Under the pieces are notes generated by a model. That model was not told where the DNA came from and did no database searches. It worked only from the letters and a program-made list of their open reading frames with translations. A program made the position numbers and the translations under genes. Positions 21,715-33,976 of a DNA stretch of 64,000 nucleotides are shown here, piece by piece (positions within the stretch are counted from its first letter, which is position 1; each line of letters opens with the position of its first letter). The stretch comes from Lacrimispora sp. (GTDB lineage: Bacteria > Bacillota > Clostridia > Lachnospirales > Lachnospiraceae). The stretch lies in the NCBI RefSeq assembly GCF_036758025.1, contig NZ_DAIOXM010000002.1, positions 211,341 through 275,340 of the forward strand, written 5' to 3'.

Positions 21715-22569
21715 TTATGAAATCGCATTGGCACCGGATATGATCTCCGTAAGCTCCTGAGTGATGGCCCCTTGTCTTGCACGGTTATAGGCCAGTCCCA
21801 GTTCTTCTATCATCTCTTCCGCATTGTTGGTCGCAGCGTCCATGGCCGTCATTCTGGCTCCGTTTTCACTGGCAACGGCCTCCAGAAGTGCGCCATAGAT
21901 CAGGCTGCTCATATACTTGGGGATAATGGAATCGAGAACGTGATCCTCATTGGGCTCGTAATTCATAAGAGCCTGGCCGTCCTTTTCCTTTCCCCCTTCT
22001 ATTTCTACGGGAAGAAGCTTCTTAAGGGTCGGGATCTGGGTTACGGTGTTCTTAAAAGATGTATAGGCCAGATAGATTTCGCTGATCTGCTCTCTTCCAA
22101 ATGCGTCCAAAAGCTCCATGGTGATGTCAGAGGCATCCCGGTACAGAGGCTCATTGATTACTTCAGAATAATCCGCTGCAATCTGATATCCTCTTCTGGT
22201 CAGCGCATCTTTTCCCTTACGGCCGATCGCATAAACAACCGTTGATTCCTGAGTAAGCCTTTCGTCTGCGCAGATCATTCTGGCAATGTTATTGTTATAG
22301 CCTCCTGCCAGTCCCCGGTTTGAGGTGATGGCAATGACTGCCTTCCGTCCGGAAGTTGCTGTCCGTAAATACTTGTGGTCAATTCCCTCCGACTTACTCA
22401 GCATGGAACCTATGGTATCATACATCATGGTGTAATAAGGCTTTGATTCTTCTGCCTTTGCCTTGGATTTTTGCAGCTTCACAGTTGATATGAGCTTCAT
22501 GGCTTTTGTTATCTGTTCAGTACTGGAAATACTGTCTCTTCTTCGTTTGATATCCCTGATGGATGCCAT
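21715..22569 (-). CDS. atpG: F1 ATP synthase gamma subunit
   Basis: MASIRDIKRR N-terminus, ITQELTEIISGA C-terminus, 284 aa. Confidence 0.95.
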   Translation of the reverse strand: MASIRDIKRRRDSISSTEQITKAMKLISTVKLQKSKAKAEESKPYYTMMYDTIGSMLSKSEGIDHKYLRTATSGRKAVIAITSNRGLAGGYNNNIARMICADERLTQESTVVYAIGRKGKDALTRRGYQIAADYSEVINEPLYRDASDITMELLDAFGREQISEIYLAYTSFKNTVTQIPTLKKLLPVEIEGGKEKDGQALMNYEPNEDHVLDSIIPKYMSSLIYGALLEAVASENGARMTAMDAATNNAEEMIEELGLAYNRARQGAITQELTEIISGANAIS

Positions 22570-22585
22570 GATTGTTCACCTGCCT

Positions 22586-24652
<2,067 letters not shown>

Positions 24653-24665
<13 letters not shown>

Positions 24666-25168
24666 GTGCTCTCACCCATTTCCCTTAAAGTTTCATCAAT
24701 CAGGGCATCCTGTACCGTTAAATCTATAGAGGATGCCACCACCTTACCGGCCATGGCAGAAGCAATGGAGATGATCTGTTCTTTCATATCATCAAGAGCC
24801 TTCTTCCTCTCCAGTTCTACTTCCCGGTTCCCTCTCTTAACGATACGGTCCGCTTCCTCTTTGGCCTGTGCAAGAATTTCTGCTTCCCTCTGTCTCGCCT
24901 GTTTTCTGGCTTCCTCCAGGATAGCCTCCGCCTCCAGCTTCACTTCACGGAGCCTTGTCTCATACTCTTCCTTCATGGCATGTGCGGCTTGCTTATCATC
25001 AGCAGCGTTTTTTAATTCTCCTGCGATCTTCTGTTTTCTCTTTTCCAGAACTTCACGCACCGGGTTAAACAGCATGTAGGATAATCCAAAAAACAGGATG
25101 AAGACGTTAATGGCTGTCACAAATGAATCGAAAAGCAGCTGTGCATCAAATCCCAATAGTCGTTCCAA
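24653..25168 (-). CDS. atpF: Fo ATP synthase b subunit
   Basis: One N-terminal TM helix then a long charged coiled coil. TTG start with GGAGAGGAGG RBS. Confidence 0.88.
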
Positions 25169-25237
25169 GATTTCGCCTCCTCTCCTCTTTATTCTTTCCC
25201 ATTCTGCAGGCGGCCTTTGCCTCCTGCGGTATATTCT

Positions 25238-25534
<297 letters not shown>

Positions 25535-25540
25535 CTATAA

Positions 25541-26242
25541 CTAATCCAATTTGTCACTGACGTATACCATGGTCAGCATACAGAACACATATGTCTGTAT
25601 TGCACCGGAAAACACATCACAGTACACATGTAAAAATGCCGGAATACCAATCTTTACAAAAATCGGCATCATCCCATACCACAAGCCCAGAATGACGCCG
25701 CCCGACATAATATTGCCGAATAAACGAAGCGCCTGGGATAAGGGGTTTGTTATCTCACCGATCAGATTGATGGGAAACAGAACGGGAAACGGCTTGAACA
25801 TACCTGTAAAATGACCGATTCCGTGATTCTTGATGCCCTGGTACTGCACAATGCAAAAAGTGAAAACACCGAGCATAAACGTTACGCCAAAATCCGCCGT
25901 CGGCGTCTTAAGACCAAATAAACCGCCAATATTGCAGAACAATATGAAAATAAATATAGTCCCGATGTAATTAACAAACTTTGCTGCATTGTGACTCATG
26001 GTTCCTTTTACCATGTTGTCCAGTGATTCCACCGTAAACTCCATAATGTTCTGGAATGTGCCGGGCACTTCCCTGGCCGCCTTCATCTTCCGGCTGGTAA
26101 CAACTGCAAGGAGCAGAATGACAACGGTCACAATACTAAGACCTATACTAGTAGTTGTCACCCATAACTCCTGTCCAAAGGCATGGAATTTTGTAACACC
26201 CTTGATCATAAAGTCTACATTATTGGCACTTGCAACGACCAT
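25541..26242 (-). CDS. atpB: Fo ATP synthase a subunit
   Basis: 233-aa polytopic protein with the conserved LRLFGNIMSG arginine motif. Confidence 0.93.
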   Translation of the reverse strand: MVVASANNVDFMIKGVTKFHAFGQELWVTTTSIGLSIVTVVILLLAVVTSRKMKAAREVPGTFQNIMEFTVESLDNMVKGTMSHNAAKFVNYIGTIFIFILFCNIGGLFGLKTPTADFGVTFMLGVFTFCIVQYQGIKNHGIGHFTGMFKPFPVLFPINLIGEITNPLSQALRLFGNIMSGGVILGLWYGMMPIFVKIGIPAFLHVYCDVFSGAIQTYVFCMLTMVYVSDKLD

Positions 26243-26289
26243 ATGGGTAAGCCTCCTTTCTTAAGCAATTCACACAACCGCAGGGATTG

Positions 26290-26691
26290 CTATGCTTCTT
26301 TTTTCCAAATGCCTGCGATTTTGTGTATAACAGGCTGGAGAAATGCCCCAGCCTTGAGTCCAAGGACTCCGATTACTACGGCCACAGGGTTAATATGACC
26401 CGAAAACCGGGAAATAATAATCACCATAGTGGCAATGAGCAGCAGGTAACGGACCACCGTACTTATCATGGTCCACTTTTGAACTGTCTTTGGATCTTCG
26501 GTTTCCATGGAGTTTTCCAGCACCAGAGCCATGGATAAAAACATGACAAGAGCCAGAACCATTCCCAGAAGCAATCCTGCAAAAACGGACCCCTTCGGGT
26601 AAATAAAAAACGCCGCAGCCATAGCAGCAGCCGTGAAGACGGCGATACCGGCGGAAACCTCCAGCAGTAGATTCTTTGTTTCCTTCCCCAT
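26290..26691 (-). CDS. atpI: ATP synthase protein I-like small membrane protein
   Basis: 133 aa, four hydrophobic segments, immediately upstream of atpB. Confidence 0.65.
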   Translation of the reverse strand: MGKETKNLLLEVSAGIAVFTAAAMAAAFFIYPKGSVFAGLLLGMVLALVMFLSMALVLENSMETEDPKTVQKWTMISTVVRYLLLIATMVIIISRFSGHINPVAVVIGVLGLKAGAFLQPVIHKIAGIWKKEA

Positions 26692-26708
26692 GCTACAAAT
26701 CCTCCTGT

Positions 26709-27071
26709 CTACAAAATTTTTCCGTCGTCATCTCGTTTCACACGGCTGGGCTGTTTTGGTTTATGCACGTTTGCCTGGCCGTTCTTCTGCCTCTCCATGC
26801 GCACCCTCTCCTCCTCCTCTCTCTCCTCCTTCTCGTTCATGGCAATTGTGGCCTTCGCCATTCTGTAGGCATTTAAGCCTCCTGCCAGAAATCCCAGAAT
26901 CAGAAAGAGAAGGATCAGTTTCGTCCCTGCATACCGATCAATGTAGTAACCGGCAAAAATACAGACGAACACAGGTACCATGACATTCAACCCCAGTTGG
27001 GTCACCATCATAAAACTTCGCATTACACTTTTTTTGTAACGTATTTTTAACACCTGCCTTCTGAAAGACAT
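26709..27071 (-). CDS. AtpZ/AtpI-family small membrane protein with charged C-terminal tail
   Basis: Two TM helices (MMVTQLGLNVMVPVFVCIFAGYYIDRY.., LILLFLILGFLAGGLNAY) then an EKEEREEEERVRMERQ tail. First gene of the atp cluster. Start uncertain because no clear RBS is visible. Confidence 0.55.
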   Translation of the reverse strand: MSFRRQVLKIRYKKSVMRSFMMVTQLGLNVMVPVFVCIFAGYYIDRYAGTKLILLFLILGFLAGGLNAYRMAKATIAMNEKEEREEEERVRMERQKNGQANVHKPKQPSRVKRDDDGKIL

Positions 27072-27181
27072 TATAACGAATAATTGTGACTTTGTCCATT
27101 AAATAGAGATATTTTTTTAACATTATGTATCATGTATACAAAATTCTTGTAACTAAACCTTATATAACAGATTTTTTTCTT

Positions 27182-29494
27182 TTAAACTCGCTCTAAAGAC
27201 TCATATCCGTAAGATTTAACTGTAAATTCCAGAATTTCCCTATCCGGATTAATCCCCATTTTGCTTTGTGATACGGCATGATCAAGATAAAGTTTTAAGG
27301 TTTTTTCAGAATAGGTAGACAATTCTCCCAGCAAATACGTTTCAATAGAAGTATTTCCTCCTGACTCATCCTCCTTTTCCATCATACGTCCATGTTTCAT
27401 AACATTGGGATATTTTTCTGCCAGTTCCTTCATCCACGCCTTATGATATCCCATGATCTGAGAAATAATTTCTTTCTTTTCCTGGCTGATGCCCGGCAAT
27501 GCACCTTTTATTTTATTATACTCAACAGGAGCTGTATATTTCATCATTCTGGCATACTTTTCAGTCATCAGGTTACGGCCTTCATCCAAAGCAGCCTTTA
27601 AATCATCAAGATAACTGCCCAAAGTCTCCTGGTTCCAGGATTTAAACTGACTGCGCCTCATAATTGCAAATGTTTTCCTGTCTTCCTGACAGGAAGCACG
27701 GCCGCCTTCATTATTTACATTAGAAAACATGCCCCATTCTATATCAATAATCTGGTCTATAAAATGCTCTGCCATTGCAGTCCTCTTCGTCATAATATTT
27801 TCAATGCCAATAGTTTTATCCTCTATGCAGCTGATCACATCCTGGCAGTGATCCAATAAAAAGCTGCTGTCCTGCCGGGTCAAACCCTGACTTTTTAATT
27901 CCTTTATGACAGCACTGCAGATATCTTCAATCAGACCCTGCTTTTCATCCGAATCACTGGCAGCATAAAGAGAATTAAGCTGGGAATGGACAGACGAAAG
28001 AATAGGAAGATATTGGATTCCATAGTGTGCCCATTTGTAAAATGGCATATACTTCCGGTTCAAAAGATATACCATGGAGCATACAGCTTCCGTAAACTCA
28101 CTAAGAGCCATTGCTGCGGCCACCTGTTCTCCCCGCTTTAAACATCTGGAATAGTTATACTGACCGCTTTGGGCCATTGTTGAGGCCCGTGCTGCAATCT
28201 TCTTAATACGGACATCCTCCGGGTAAAATCTGTTTAATGTTTCACGGATACGTGAGAAAATTTTCAGGTCATCACGAAATACTTCCCCGCTTACAGCCGT
28301 TGCAAGAAACGTTTCCGGTACAGTCTCCCATTCTTTTAATGTATTGGGACCATGACTCAGGCCCGTATACTTCCTATAAAAATCGGAAATCCTCATGACC
28401 CCGGTCCTTCCTGCCCCTCCAGCAGTTTCCCATCTGGCGGGGAAGCCCCGGTACTCTTTTGGAAGCTGATCATACATTTTCTGCAGGCGGCCCCCGATTT
28501 CTTCATAATCTTCATCAGTCAGCCACATGCAGAAAGAAGGCCCCCAGTCGTGATCCCTGGATAAATCATCGTCAAACCCCAGGCATTCTGAGCCCTCTCC
28601 AGCCAGACCAGCGGCAATCCTGGTCTCATAGTCCGCAAAATGGCGGCGGATCATAGGAATTCCATATTCTTCATAATACAGCCTGGACAATGTAAGCCCA
28701 TTCAGCCTCCTTTCTTTATTCCTTGCCTCCATGACCATATTTAGATTCCGGCATGCCTGGTGATATTCCCTGCTCTCTCCGTAGACCTTCCCCACTTCTT
28801 CCTTTGCCTGCTGAAACAGCTTTTGAGCAGAATCAAAATCTTCCGCTTCATAATAGAAGGTTCCAAGCATATTTAAAGCAGATCCATAGTGGACCCCCTT
28901 GTGAGAAAGTCCCTTATAAATATCAAGGGCCTGGATCAAAAAATCTTTTTCTTTTGTAACAGCGGCTAAATTGACCAATGTAATGGCCTCCACCTCCGGC
29001 TGTCCTCCCAGGGTCTGAATAATGGACAGGGCTTCCCTTAAACATTTTTCCGCCTTTTCTTTTTCCCCTGTTTCTATATAAATAAGAGCTTCATTATTAA
29101 GAGTAGATGCTGTGTAAAAATGAACACGTCCTACACTTTTTTCATATACTTCCCTTGCCCTGCCAAACATTTCCAAAGCCTGTTCGTATTCTCCCATCAG
29201 TCTTAGAGTTCCAGCCAGATTGGACCTGTTAGTGGCATATTCCACAGTATCCTCTCCTATAAACTCTTTGATCATAATGCCGGAGACCTGGAAAGCATCT
29301 TTTGACTCTTTGTATTTGCCCGCTCCTCTGTAAAAACTCCCCAGTTCATTAATTGCTGCCAGTAAGATTTCATTATATCCGCCGCCATATATCTGGTGTT
29401 CTTCTATGGTATGCTTTAAAAATTCCTGAACCTCTTCAGGATTTCCCAACATATATTTACGATCCAATTCCTCAAAAAATTCTTTTACTTTCAT
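27182..29494 (-). CDS. TPR-repeat protein fused to DUF4037-like and DUF4125-like regions
   Basis: N-terminal ~270 aa of TPR-like repeats. Central GFDDDLSRDHDWGPSFCMWL block and C-terminal IDIEWGMFSNVNNEGGRASCQ block, both recalled from DUF families. AAGGGGA RBS. Confidence 0.6.
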   Translation of the reverse strand: MKVKEFFEELDRKYMLGNPEEVQEFLKHTIEEHQIYGGGYNEILLAAINELGSFYRGAGKYKESKDAFQVSGIMIKEFIGEDTVEYATNRSNLAGTLRLMGEYEQALEMFGRAREVYEKSVGRVHFYTASTLNNEALIYIETGEKEKAEKCLREALSIIQTLGGQPEVEAITLVNLAAVTKEKDFLIQALDIYKGLSHKGVHYGSALNMLGTFYYEAEDFDSAQKLFQQAKEEVGKVYGESREYHQACRNLNMVMEARNKERRLNGLTLSRLYYEEYGIPMIRRHFADYETRIAAGLAGEGSECLGFDDDLSRDHDWGPSFCMWLTDEDYEEIGGRLQKMYDQLPKEYRGFPARWETAGGAGRTGVMRISDFYRKYTGLSHGPNTLKEWETVPETFLATAVSGEVFRDDLKIFSRIRETLNRFYPEDVRIKKIAARASTMAQSGQYNYSRCLKRGEQVAAAMALSEFTEAVCSMVYLLNRKYMPFYKWAHYGIQYLPILSSVHSQLNSLYAASDSDEKQGLIEDICSAVIKELKSQGLTRQDSSFLLDHCQDVISCIEDKTIGIENIMTKRTAMAEHFIDQIIDIEWGMFSNVNNEGGRASCQEDRKTFAIMRRSQFKSWNQETLGSYLDDLKAALDEGRNLMTEKYARMMKYTAPVEYNKIKGALPGISQEKKEIISQIMGYHKAWMKELAEKYPNVMKHGRMMEKEDESGGNTSIETYLLGELSTYSEKTLKLYLDHAVSQSKMGINPDREILEFTVKSYGYESLERV

Positions 29495-29539
29495 CGCAAT
29501 TCCCCTTATTTTGAGCTGAAGAAACTCAATAAAATGCTA

Positions 29540-29596
29540 AAAGAGGGCTATCAACTAGCTGATATTTTAACTAGTGCGACAGCCCCCATTCATGAT
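29540..29596 (-). terminator. Possible terminator at the distal end of the microcompartment operon
   Basis: Imperfect hairpin (GGGCT...ACTAG / CTAGT...AGCCC, 29554-29594) followed on the minus strand by UCUUUUAGCAUUUUAUU. Confidence 0.35.
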
Positions 29597-29602
29597 GTTG
29601 GA

Positions 29603-29884
29603 TTAAGCCTTTGTTGCCGGAAGAATGGTCTCTACCTCTGCATGTGGACGTGGGATCACATGAACGGATACCAGCTCGCCCACTCTCTGAGCTGCTGCTG
29701 CACCTGCATCTGTAGCAGCCTTAACAGCGCCTACGTCTCCTCTTACCATAACAGTAACAAGACCTCCGCCTACGAATTCTTTCCCTACCAGGGTAACGTT
29801 TGCTGCTTTTACCATAGCGTCTGCTGCTTCGATGGATCCAATTAAACCTTTTGTTTCAATCATTCCTAATGCATCATATTTCAT
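29603..29884 (-). CDS. BMC-H hexameric shell protein (PduA/EutM-like)
   Basis: [30 protein letters not shown]... canonical Pfam00936-type sequence, 93 aa. Near-identical at protein level to 44356..44643. Confidence 0.95.
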   Translation of the reverse strand: MKYDALGMIETKGLIGSIEAADAMVKAANVTLVGKEFVGGGLVTVMVRGDVGAVKAATDAGAAAAQRVGELVSVHVIPRPHAEVETILPATKA

Positions 29885-29926
29885 TTTCTAATCCTCCTGA
29901 TTATATATTAATTTTTATTAGTTCAC

Positions 29927-30562
29927 TTATTTTACAATGACAACAGATGAGGAACAGGTAATTCCCATAGCATTGGCTTCTTCTGTGTCAATATGGCATT
30001 CCAGACCTGAGGTTTCCGTCACGCGGATAGCCACATGGCCAAAAACTCCGCCTCTGATTCCATCTGCCTGAATGCTTACGGTCTGACCGTCACATACCCC
30101 GAATCTCCCGGCGTCTGCCGGAGTCATGTGGATATGTCTCTGAGCTATAATAAGGCCCTCTTTTGTCTGAACAGATCCCTTAGGCCCTACCAAAGTGATT
30201 CCAGGGGTTCCGGACAGTTCTCCGGACATTTTCGGCTCTGCCTTGGCTCCCAGCTTAAAACAGTCTGCCGCCAGGATCTCAACCTGGGTCTGGCTTCTGA
30301 CTGGTCCCAGAATACGGACCTTTTCGATAGCTCCCTTAGGGCCGCATAAGGTAACCGTTTCCTTGCATGCGTACTGGCCTGGCTGGGATAAGTCCTTCAT
30401 CCTGGTAAGTTCATATCCCTTTCCAAAAAGGGATTCTAAATCCTCCCGGGATAAATGCACATGGCGGTTGGAAACGCCCACTGGCACTCTCTGCTCTTCC
30501 TTTTGAGGCTCTGTATTGACCATCTCCAGAAAAAGCTTCATGACCGCTTCATATTTATCCAT
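29927..30562 (-). CDS. pduL: Phosphate acyltransferase PduL type
   Basis: VPVGVSNRHVHLS and a second repeat AQRHIHMTPADA. 211 aa with an N-terminal amphipathic helix (YEAVMKLFLEMV). Confidence 0.9.
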   Translation of the reverse strand: MDKYEAVMKLFLEMVNTEPQKEEQRVPVGVSNRHVHLSREDLESLFGKGYELTRMKDLSQPGQYACKETVTLCGPKGAIEKVRILGPVRSQTQVEILAADCFKLGAKAEPKMSGELSGTPGITLVGPKGSVQTKEGLIIAQRHIHMTPADAGRFGVCDGQTVSIQADGIRGGVFGHVAIRVTETSGLECHIDTEEANAMGITCSSSVVIVK

Positions 30563-30586
30563 TTCCTTTCTCCTTTCCGCCTGTAC

Positions 30587-32146
30587 TTACTGGCCTTTCA
30601 TTGCCAGCACGATTTCCTTTACAAGAGCAGCCAGATTATCGCTGTCACTGCTGCATTCCTGGCAGGAAGAAGCCGGAGTAGTGCACACCTTTTTATCAAA
30701 GGAGGCTACAAGGTCTGCCGGACTGAAAGATAAAGAAGGGGTTTTTCCTGATTTTTCTTTCCAGATGAAAGAATCGTCGTTTTCTGCAAGAGTGGCACAG
30801 TCTTTTATTCCAAAAGCAACCTTTTTAATGTTGAGAAGGTGCTTAGGACTTACATTTTCAGAAACAGAGCTTCCGCCGCAGGTTCCGCATCCCAGTGTAA
30901 AGGAAATGGGAAGACCTGTGCTGATTCCTGTTCCTCCCTGGCTTCCTCCTGTGTTTACAAGGATTCTGGAAGCAGGCTTTGCAGCGAACTTAACAACCTT
31001 ATCCCGGTCCTGGGTATGAATGCTCATGGTGTGGCCGATTCCGTTCTGAAGCAGACGAATACTTAAGCCGCAGGCTTCCTCCCAGTCTTTTACAGTGTAA
31101 AAGCCGAGAACAGTTGTCAGTTTTTCAAAGGACAGAGGATAACCCTCCCCTACGCCTTCCTGCTTTCCAATGAGGACTTTTGTTCCCTCAGGAATCTGGA
31201 TTCCTGCTGCCTGGGCAATGATCTGCGGAGAACGGCCTACAAATTTGGCATTCATGTTATGGCCGTTCTTAAATAACAGGGCGCAGACCTTATCAGTCTC
31301 TTCCTTTGTCATAAAGTATCCGCCCTGGCTCTTGAACTCTGCCACTACCTCTGCGTGATTGCTTTCCTCGCAGATAATAGCCTGCTCAGAAGCGCAGATG
31401 GTTCCGTAGTCAAAAGTCTTGCTGGCAAGAATGGTCTTTACTGCCTGTTTCACATCAGCTGTCTTTTCTATGTAAGCCGGGGAGTTTCCTGCTCCTACTC
31501 CGATGGCCGGTTTTCCAGCGCTGTAAGCGGCTTTTACCATTCCCGGGCCTCCGGTTGCAATGATAACGGAAACCTCCCTGCACTTCATCAGCTCATTGGT
31601 AGAGCCCATGGAAGGCATGGATACACAGCCGATCACTCCCTCAGGTGCTCCTGCTGCAACTGCAGCATTCAGCATTACTTCAGCTGCTGTTAAGGTGCAT
31701 TTTGCAGCAGAAGGATGGGGGGAAAATACAATGGCATTTCCTGATTTAAGAGCAATCATGGACTTGAAAAATACGGTGGAGGTGGGGTTGGTGGATGGGA
31801 TGATTCCCATTACCAGACCTACCGGCTCTGCCACATCAATGGTCCTGCTGACTGGATCTTCATCAAGAATTCCTCTGGTCTTCATATCTTTTATTTCTTC
31901 ATATAAGAGAGTGGAGGCGGCATGATTCTTATATGCCTTATCCATGACCTTTCCGAATCCGGTCTCTTCTACAGCCATTTCTGCCAGACAAAGAGCGTGT
32001 TCTTCTCCTGCCTTTGCCATGGCCTTTAAAATGACATCGATCTGCTCAGACGTATATCCTGCCATCTTCTTTGCGGCAGCTTCACCTCTTCGGGCCAGAT
32101 CCCTTGCTTCCTGGATGGATCGCAAATCATAATCAAAATTTTCCAT
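30587..32146 (-). CDS. CoA-acylating aldehyde dehydrogenase (EutE/PduP family), catalytic Cys present
   Basis: SIQEARDLA N-terminus, ATGGPGMVKAAYSAGKPAIGVGAGNSP, FDYGTICASEQ (Cys). About 60-aa C-terminal extension ending in the amphipathic helix NLAALVKEIVLAMKG. ATG at 32146 preceded by AAAGGAGAA. Confidence 0.9.
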   Translation of the reverse strand: MENFDYDLRSIQEARDLARRGEAAAKKMAGYTSEQIDVILKAMAKAGEEHALCLAEMAVEETGFGKVMDKAYKNHAASTLLYEEIKDMKTRGILDEDPVSRTIDVAEPVGLVMGIIPSTNPTSTVFFKSMIALKSGNAIVFSPHPSAAKCTLTAAEVMLNAAVAAGAPEGVIGCVSMPSMGSTNELMKCREVSVIIATGGPGMVKAAYSAGKPAIGVGAGNSPAYIEKTADVKQAVKTILASKTFDYGTICASEQAIICEESNHAEVVAEFKSQGGYFMTKEETDKVCALLFKNGHNMNAKFVGRSPQIIAQAAGIQIPEGTKVLIGKQEGVGEGYPLSFEKLTTVLGFYTVKDWEEACGLSIRLLQNGIGHTMSIHTQDRDKVVKFAAKPASRILVNTGGSQGGTGISTGLPISFTLGCGTCGGSSVSENVSPKHLLNIKKVAFGIKDCATLAENDDSFIWKEKSGKTPSLSFSPADLVASFDKKVCTTPASSCQECSSDSDNLAALVKEIVLAMKGQ

Positions 32147-32172
32147 GTTCTGGTTCTCCTTTTCTAACAATA

Positions 32173-32751
32173 TCAATCATTGGAGCCGTAATATTTCTTA
32201 AACTCCTCCAGCAGCAGGGTCTTGTTGGCCTTTGAAATTTCCCGTCCGGCTATGGCAAATTCCGGATACTCACGGGCAAGGGTCCGAAGCTCCGTCACCT
32301 TCATTTCTTCCAGCGCTTTCAGAATTTCCTCCAGGCATTCCTGCTCCAGCCGCAGATCCAGAGTTTCTCTTTTTACAGGGTCTCCGGTTTCCGAGGTTGG
32401 AAGAGATTCCAAAGATGCTTCTGCTTCCTGTTCCTCTTCTGATTTCTCAGAGGCTTCCGGGCTATCCGGTCCCTCAGGACCTCCGCCAACCACTGCAGTC
32501 AGTTCCTCATGAGGTCTGGCAATCACATGACAGCTCACCAGAGCCGTTTCATGGATTCTTCCTGCTGCCGCTGCTCCCGCATCAACTGCCGCCTTGACTG
32601 CCGCCACATCGCCGGTCACTGTGACAGTGATCAGACCTCCGCCTACTTTTGTCTTTTCCACCAGAGATACTTCTGCTGCCTTTAACATGGCATCCGCCGC
32701 TTCAATGGCTGCTACCACGCCTTTTGTCTCTATAAAGCCAAGTGCCTGCAT
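32173..32751 (-). CDS. BMC-H shell protein with ~100-aa C-terminal extension
   Basis: Canonical BMC domain (MQALGFIETKGVVAAIEAADAM...VIARPHEE), then an acidic Ser/Glu/Pro linker, then a helical tail (MKVTELRTLAREYPEFAIAGREISKANKTLLLEEFKKYY). Confidence 0.88.
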   Translation of the reverse strand: MQALGFIETKGVVAAIEAADAMLKAAEVSLVEKTKVGGGLITVTVTGDVAAVKAAVDAGAAAAGRIHETALVSCHVIARPHEELTAVVGGGPEGPDSPEASEKSEEEQEAEASLESLPTSETGDPVKRETLDLRLEQECLEEILKALEEMKVTELRTLAREYPEFAIAGREISKANKTLLLEEFKKYYGSND

Positions 32752-32762
32752 GTTCTACCTCC

Positions 32763-33386
32763 TTAAACCAGATCAGCCCAGTTTGCCGGATAGGTTGCAT
32801 AAAAAAGCCTGGCTTTGTCCGGAGAACCCCATACCACCTTGGAGCCTGAAGGCACAAAGACCACATCTCCGGCCTTGGCTGTGTAGGTTCTTCCGTCAAT
32901 AGAAACGGTAAGAGTTCCCTCTATTACATAGTCAATTTCTTCATAAGTCAATTCCCACTCAAAGCTGGAATGGTCGATGACCAGGAATCCGGCACTGATA
33001 TGGGATTCATCCTTACTGATCAGCTCCTGATAATAAGCTTTTGCGGAAGGATTTCCCGTTTCAAATACATCCATTTTCACGGAATCTCCCCGCACTACCT
33101 TTAAGCCGTTTTCATGGCTTTCCGCTTCATAGGGCTTTAAGATATCATTTAACAGGCCCCTTTCCATTAAGACCTTTAACACAGCATAGATCTTTTCGCT
33201 GTCCATGCCATCAAAAGCCGGAACAGCCGGAAGGACTTCCTCTTCTTTTTTACAGAACTTGACTCCAAGCGCTTCTGCGGCATCCTTGGCAGACGGTGTA
33301 ATAATACTTCCGTCTTCTATATAAAATACTTTTTTGCCTTCTGCGTTCAGCGCCTCTATATCCTTTGCACAAACCAACTGCTTCAT
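32763..33386 (-). CDS. eutQ: EutQ-like cupin protein
   Basis: N-terminal motif (...IITPSAKDAAEALGVKF) as in EutQ. C-terminal cupin (IDYVIEGTLTV..DG..Y.AKAGDVVFVPSGSKV.W). Confidence 0.8.
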   Translation of the reverse strand: MKQLVCAKDIEALNAEGKKVFYIEDGSIITPSAKDAAEALGVKFCKKEEEVLPAVPAFDGMDSEKIYAVLKVLMERGLLNDILKPYEAESHENGLKVVRGDSVKMDVFETGNPSAKAYYQELISKDESHISAGFLVIDHSSFEWELTYEEIDYVIEGTLTVSIDGRTYTAKAGDVVFVPSGSKVVWGSPDKARLFYATYPANWADLV

Positions 33387-33400
33387 GCTATCACTCCCTT

Positions 33401-33664
33401 CTATATAAACTCACAGTCTTCATCAATGATTCCGATTACAACTGCATCTACGGGAACCTCATCACTTCCCAGCATCCGTCTGGCAGAAGAGCCGGTAGAA
33501 ACGATCACACGGTCTCCGATTCCAGCGCTGATAATGTCTGCCACGATCAAACGCTCTCCTTCCCGTGTGCCTCCGATGATCTCGGCAAGCATGAATTTGT
33601 ATCCGTTTAAGGATTCTGCTTTTCTGGTTGCCCAGATATTGTCAATCAGTTTTGCCGCTACCAT
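33401..33664 (-). CDS. eutN: BMC-P pentameric vertex protein (EutN/CcmL family)
   Basis: 87 aa. MVAAKLIDNIWATRKAESLNGYKFMLAE.. and DAVVIGIID are typical of EutN/PduN. Confidence 0.92.
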   Translation of the reverse strand: MVAAKLIDNIWATRKAESLNGYKFMLAEIIGGTREGERLIVADIISAGIGDRVIVSTGSSARRMLGSDEVPVDAVVIGIIDEDCEFI

Positions 33665-33963
33665 TCCTTTGCTCCTTCCTTTTCTCTCCGCCTGATTTCT
33701 TCCATGGCCGCCTCCACAGACGCTGTGTCTCCGAAGATTGCCAGCATGATCATATTCTGGGGACAGCTTCCCCTGATATCTTCCACGGTCACTCCCACAG
33801 CCTTTTCCGCCACATCAGCAGCGCAGACCATTTCAATGATCCTGCCCTGGATCAGCCCTATGGCATCAGCATCTTTAATAGGAGAAGAGGTTCCGGAACC
33901 CTTTCTTCGGTTTAAAATATCCAGAGTTCCTTTTGACGGTGATTTAATAATCCGGTATTCCAT
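33658..33963 (-). CDS. Divergent single-domain BMC shell protein with N-terminal extension
   Basis: AIGLIQGR..EMVCAADVAEKAVGVTVEDIRG....MIMLAIFGDTASVEAAMEEI matches the BMC-domain pattern. ATG at 33963 preceded by AAGGAAG. Confidence 0.75.
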   Translation of the reverse strand: MEYRIIKSPSKGTLDILNRRKGSGTSSPIKDADAIGLIQGRIIEMVCAADVAEKAVGVTVEDIRGSCPQNMIMLAIFGDTASVEAAMEEIRRREKEGAKEW

Positions 33964-33976
33964 ACGTCCACTTCCT

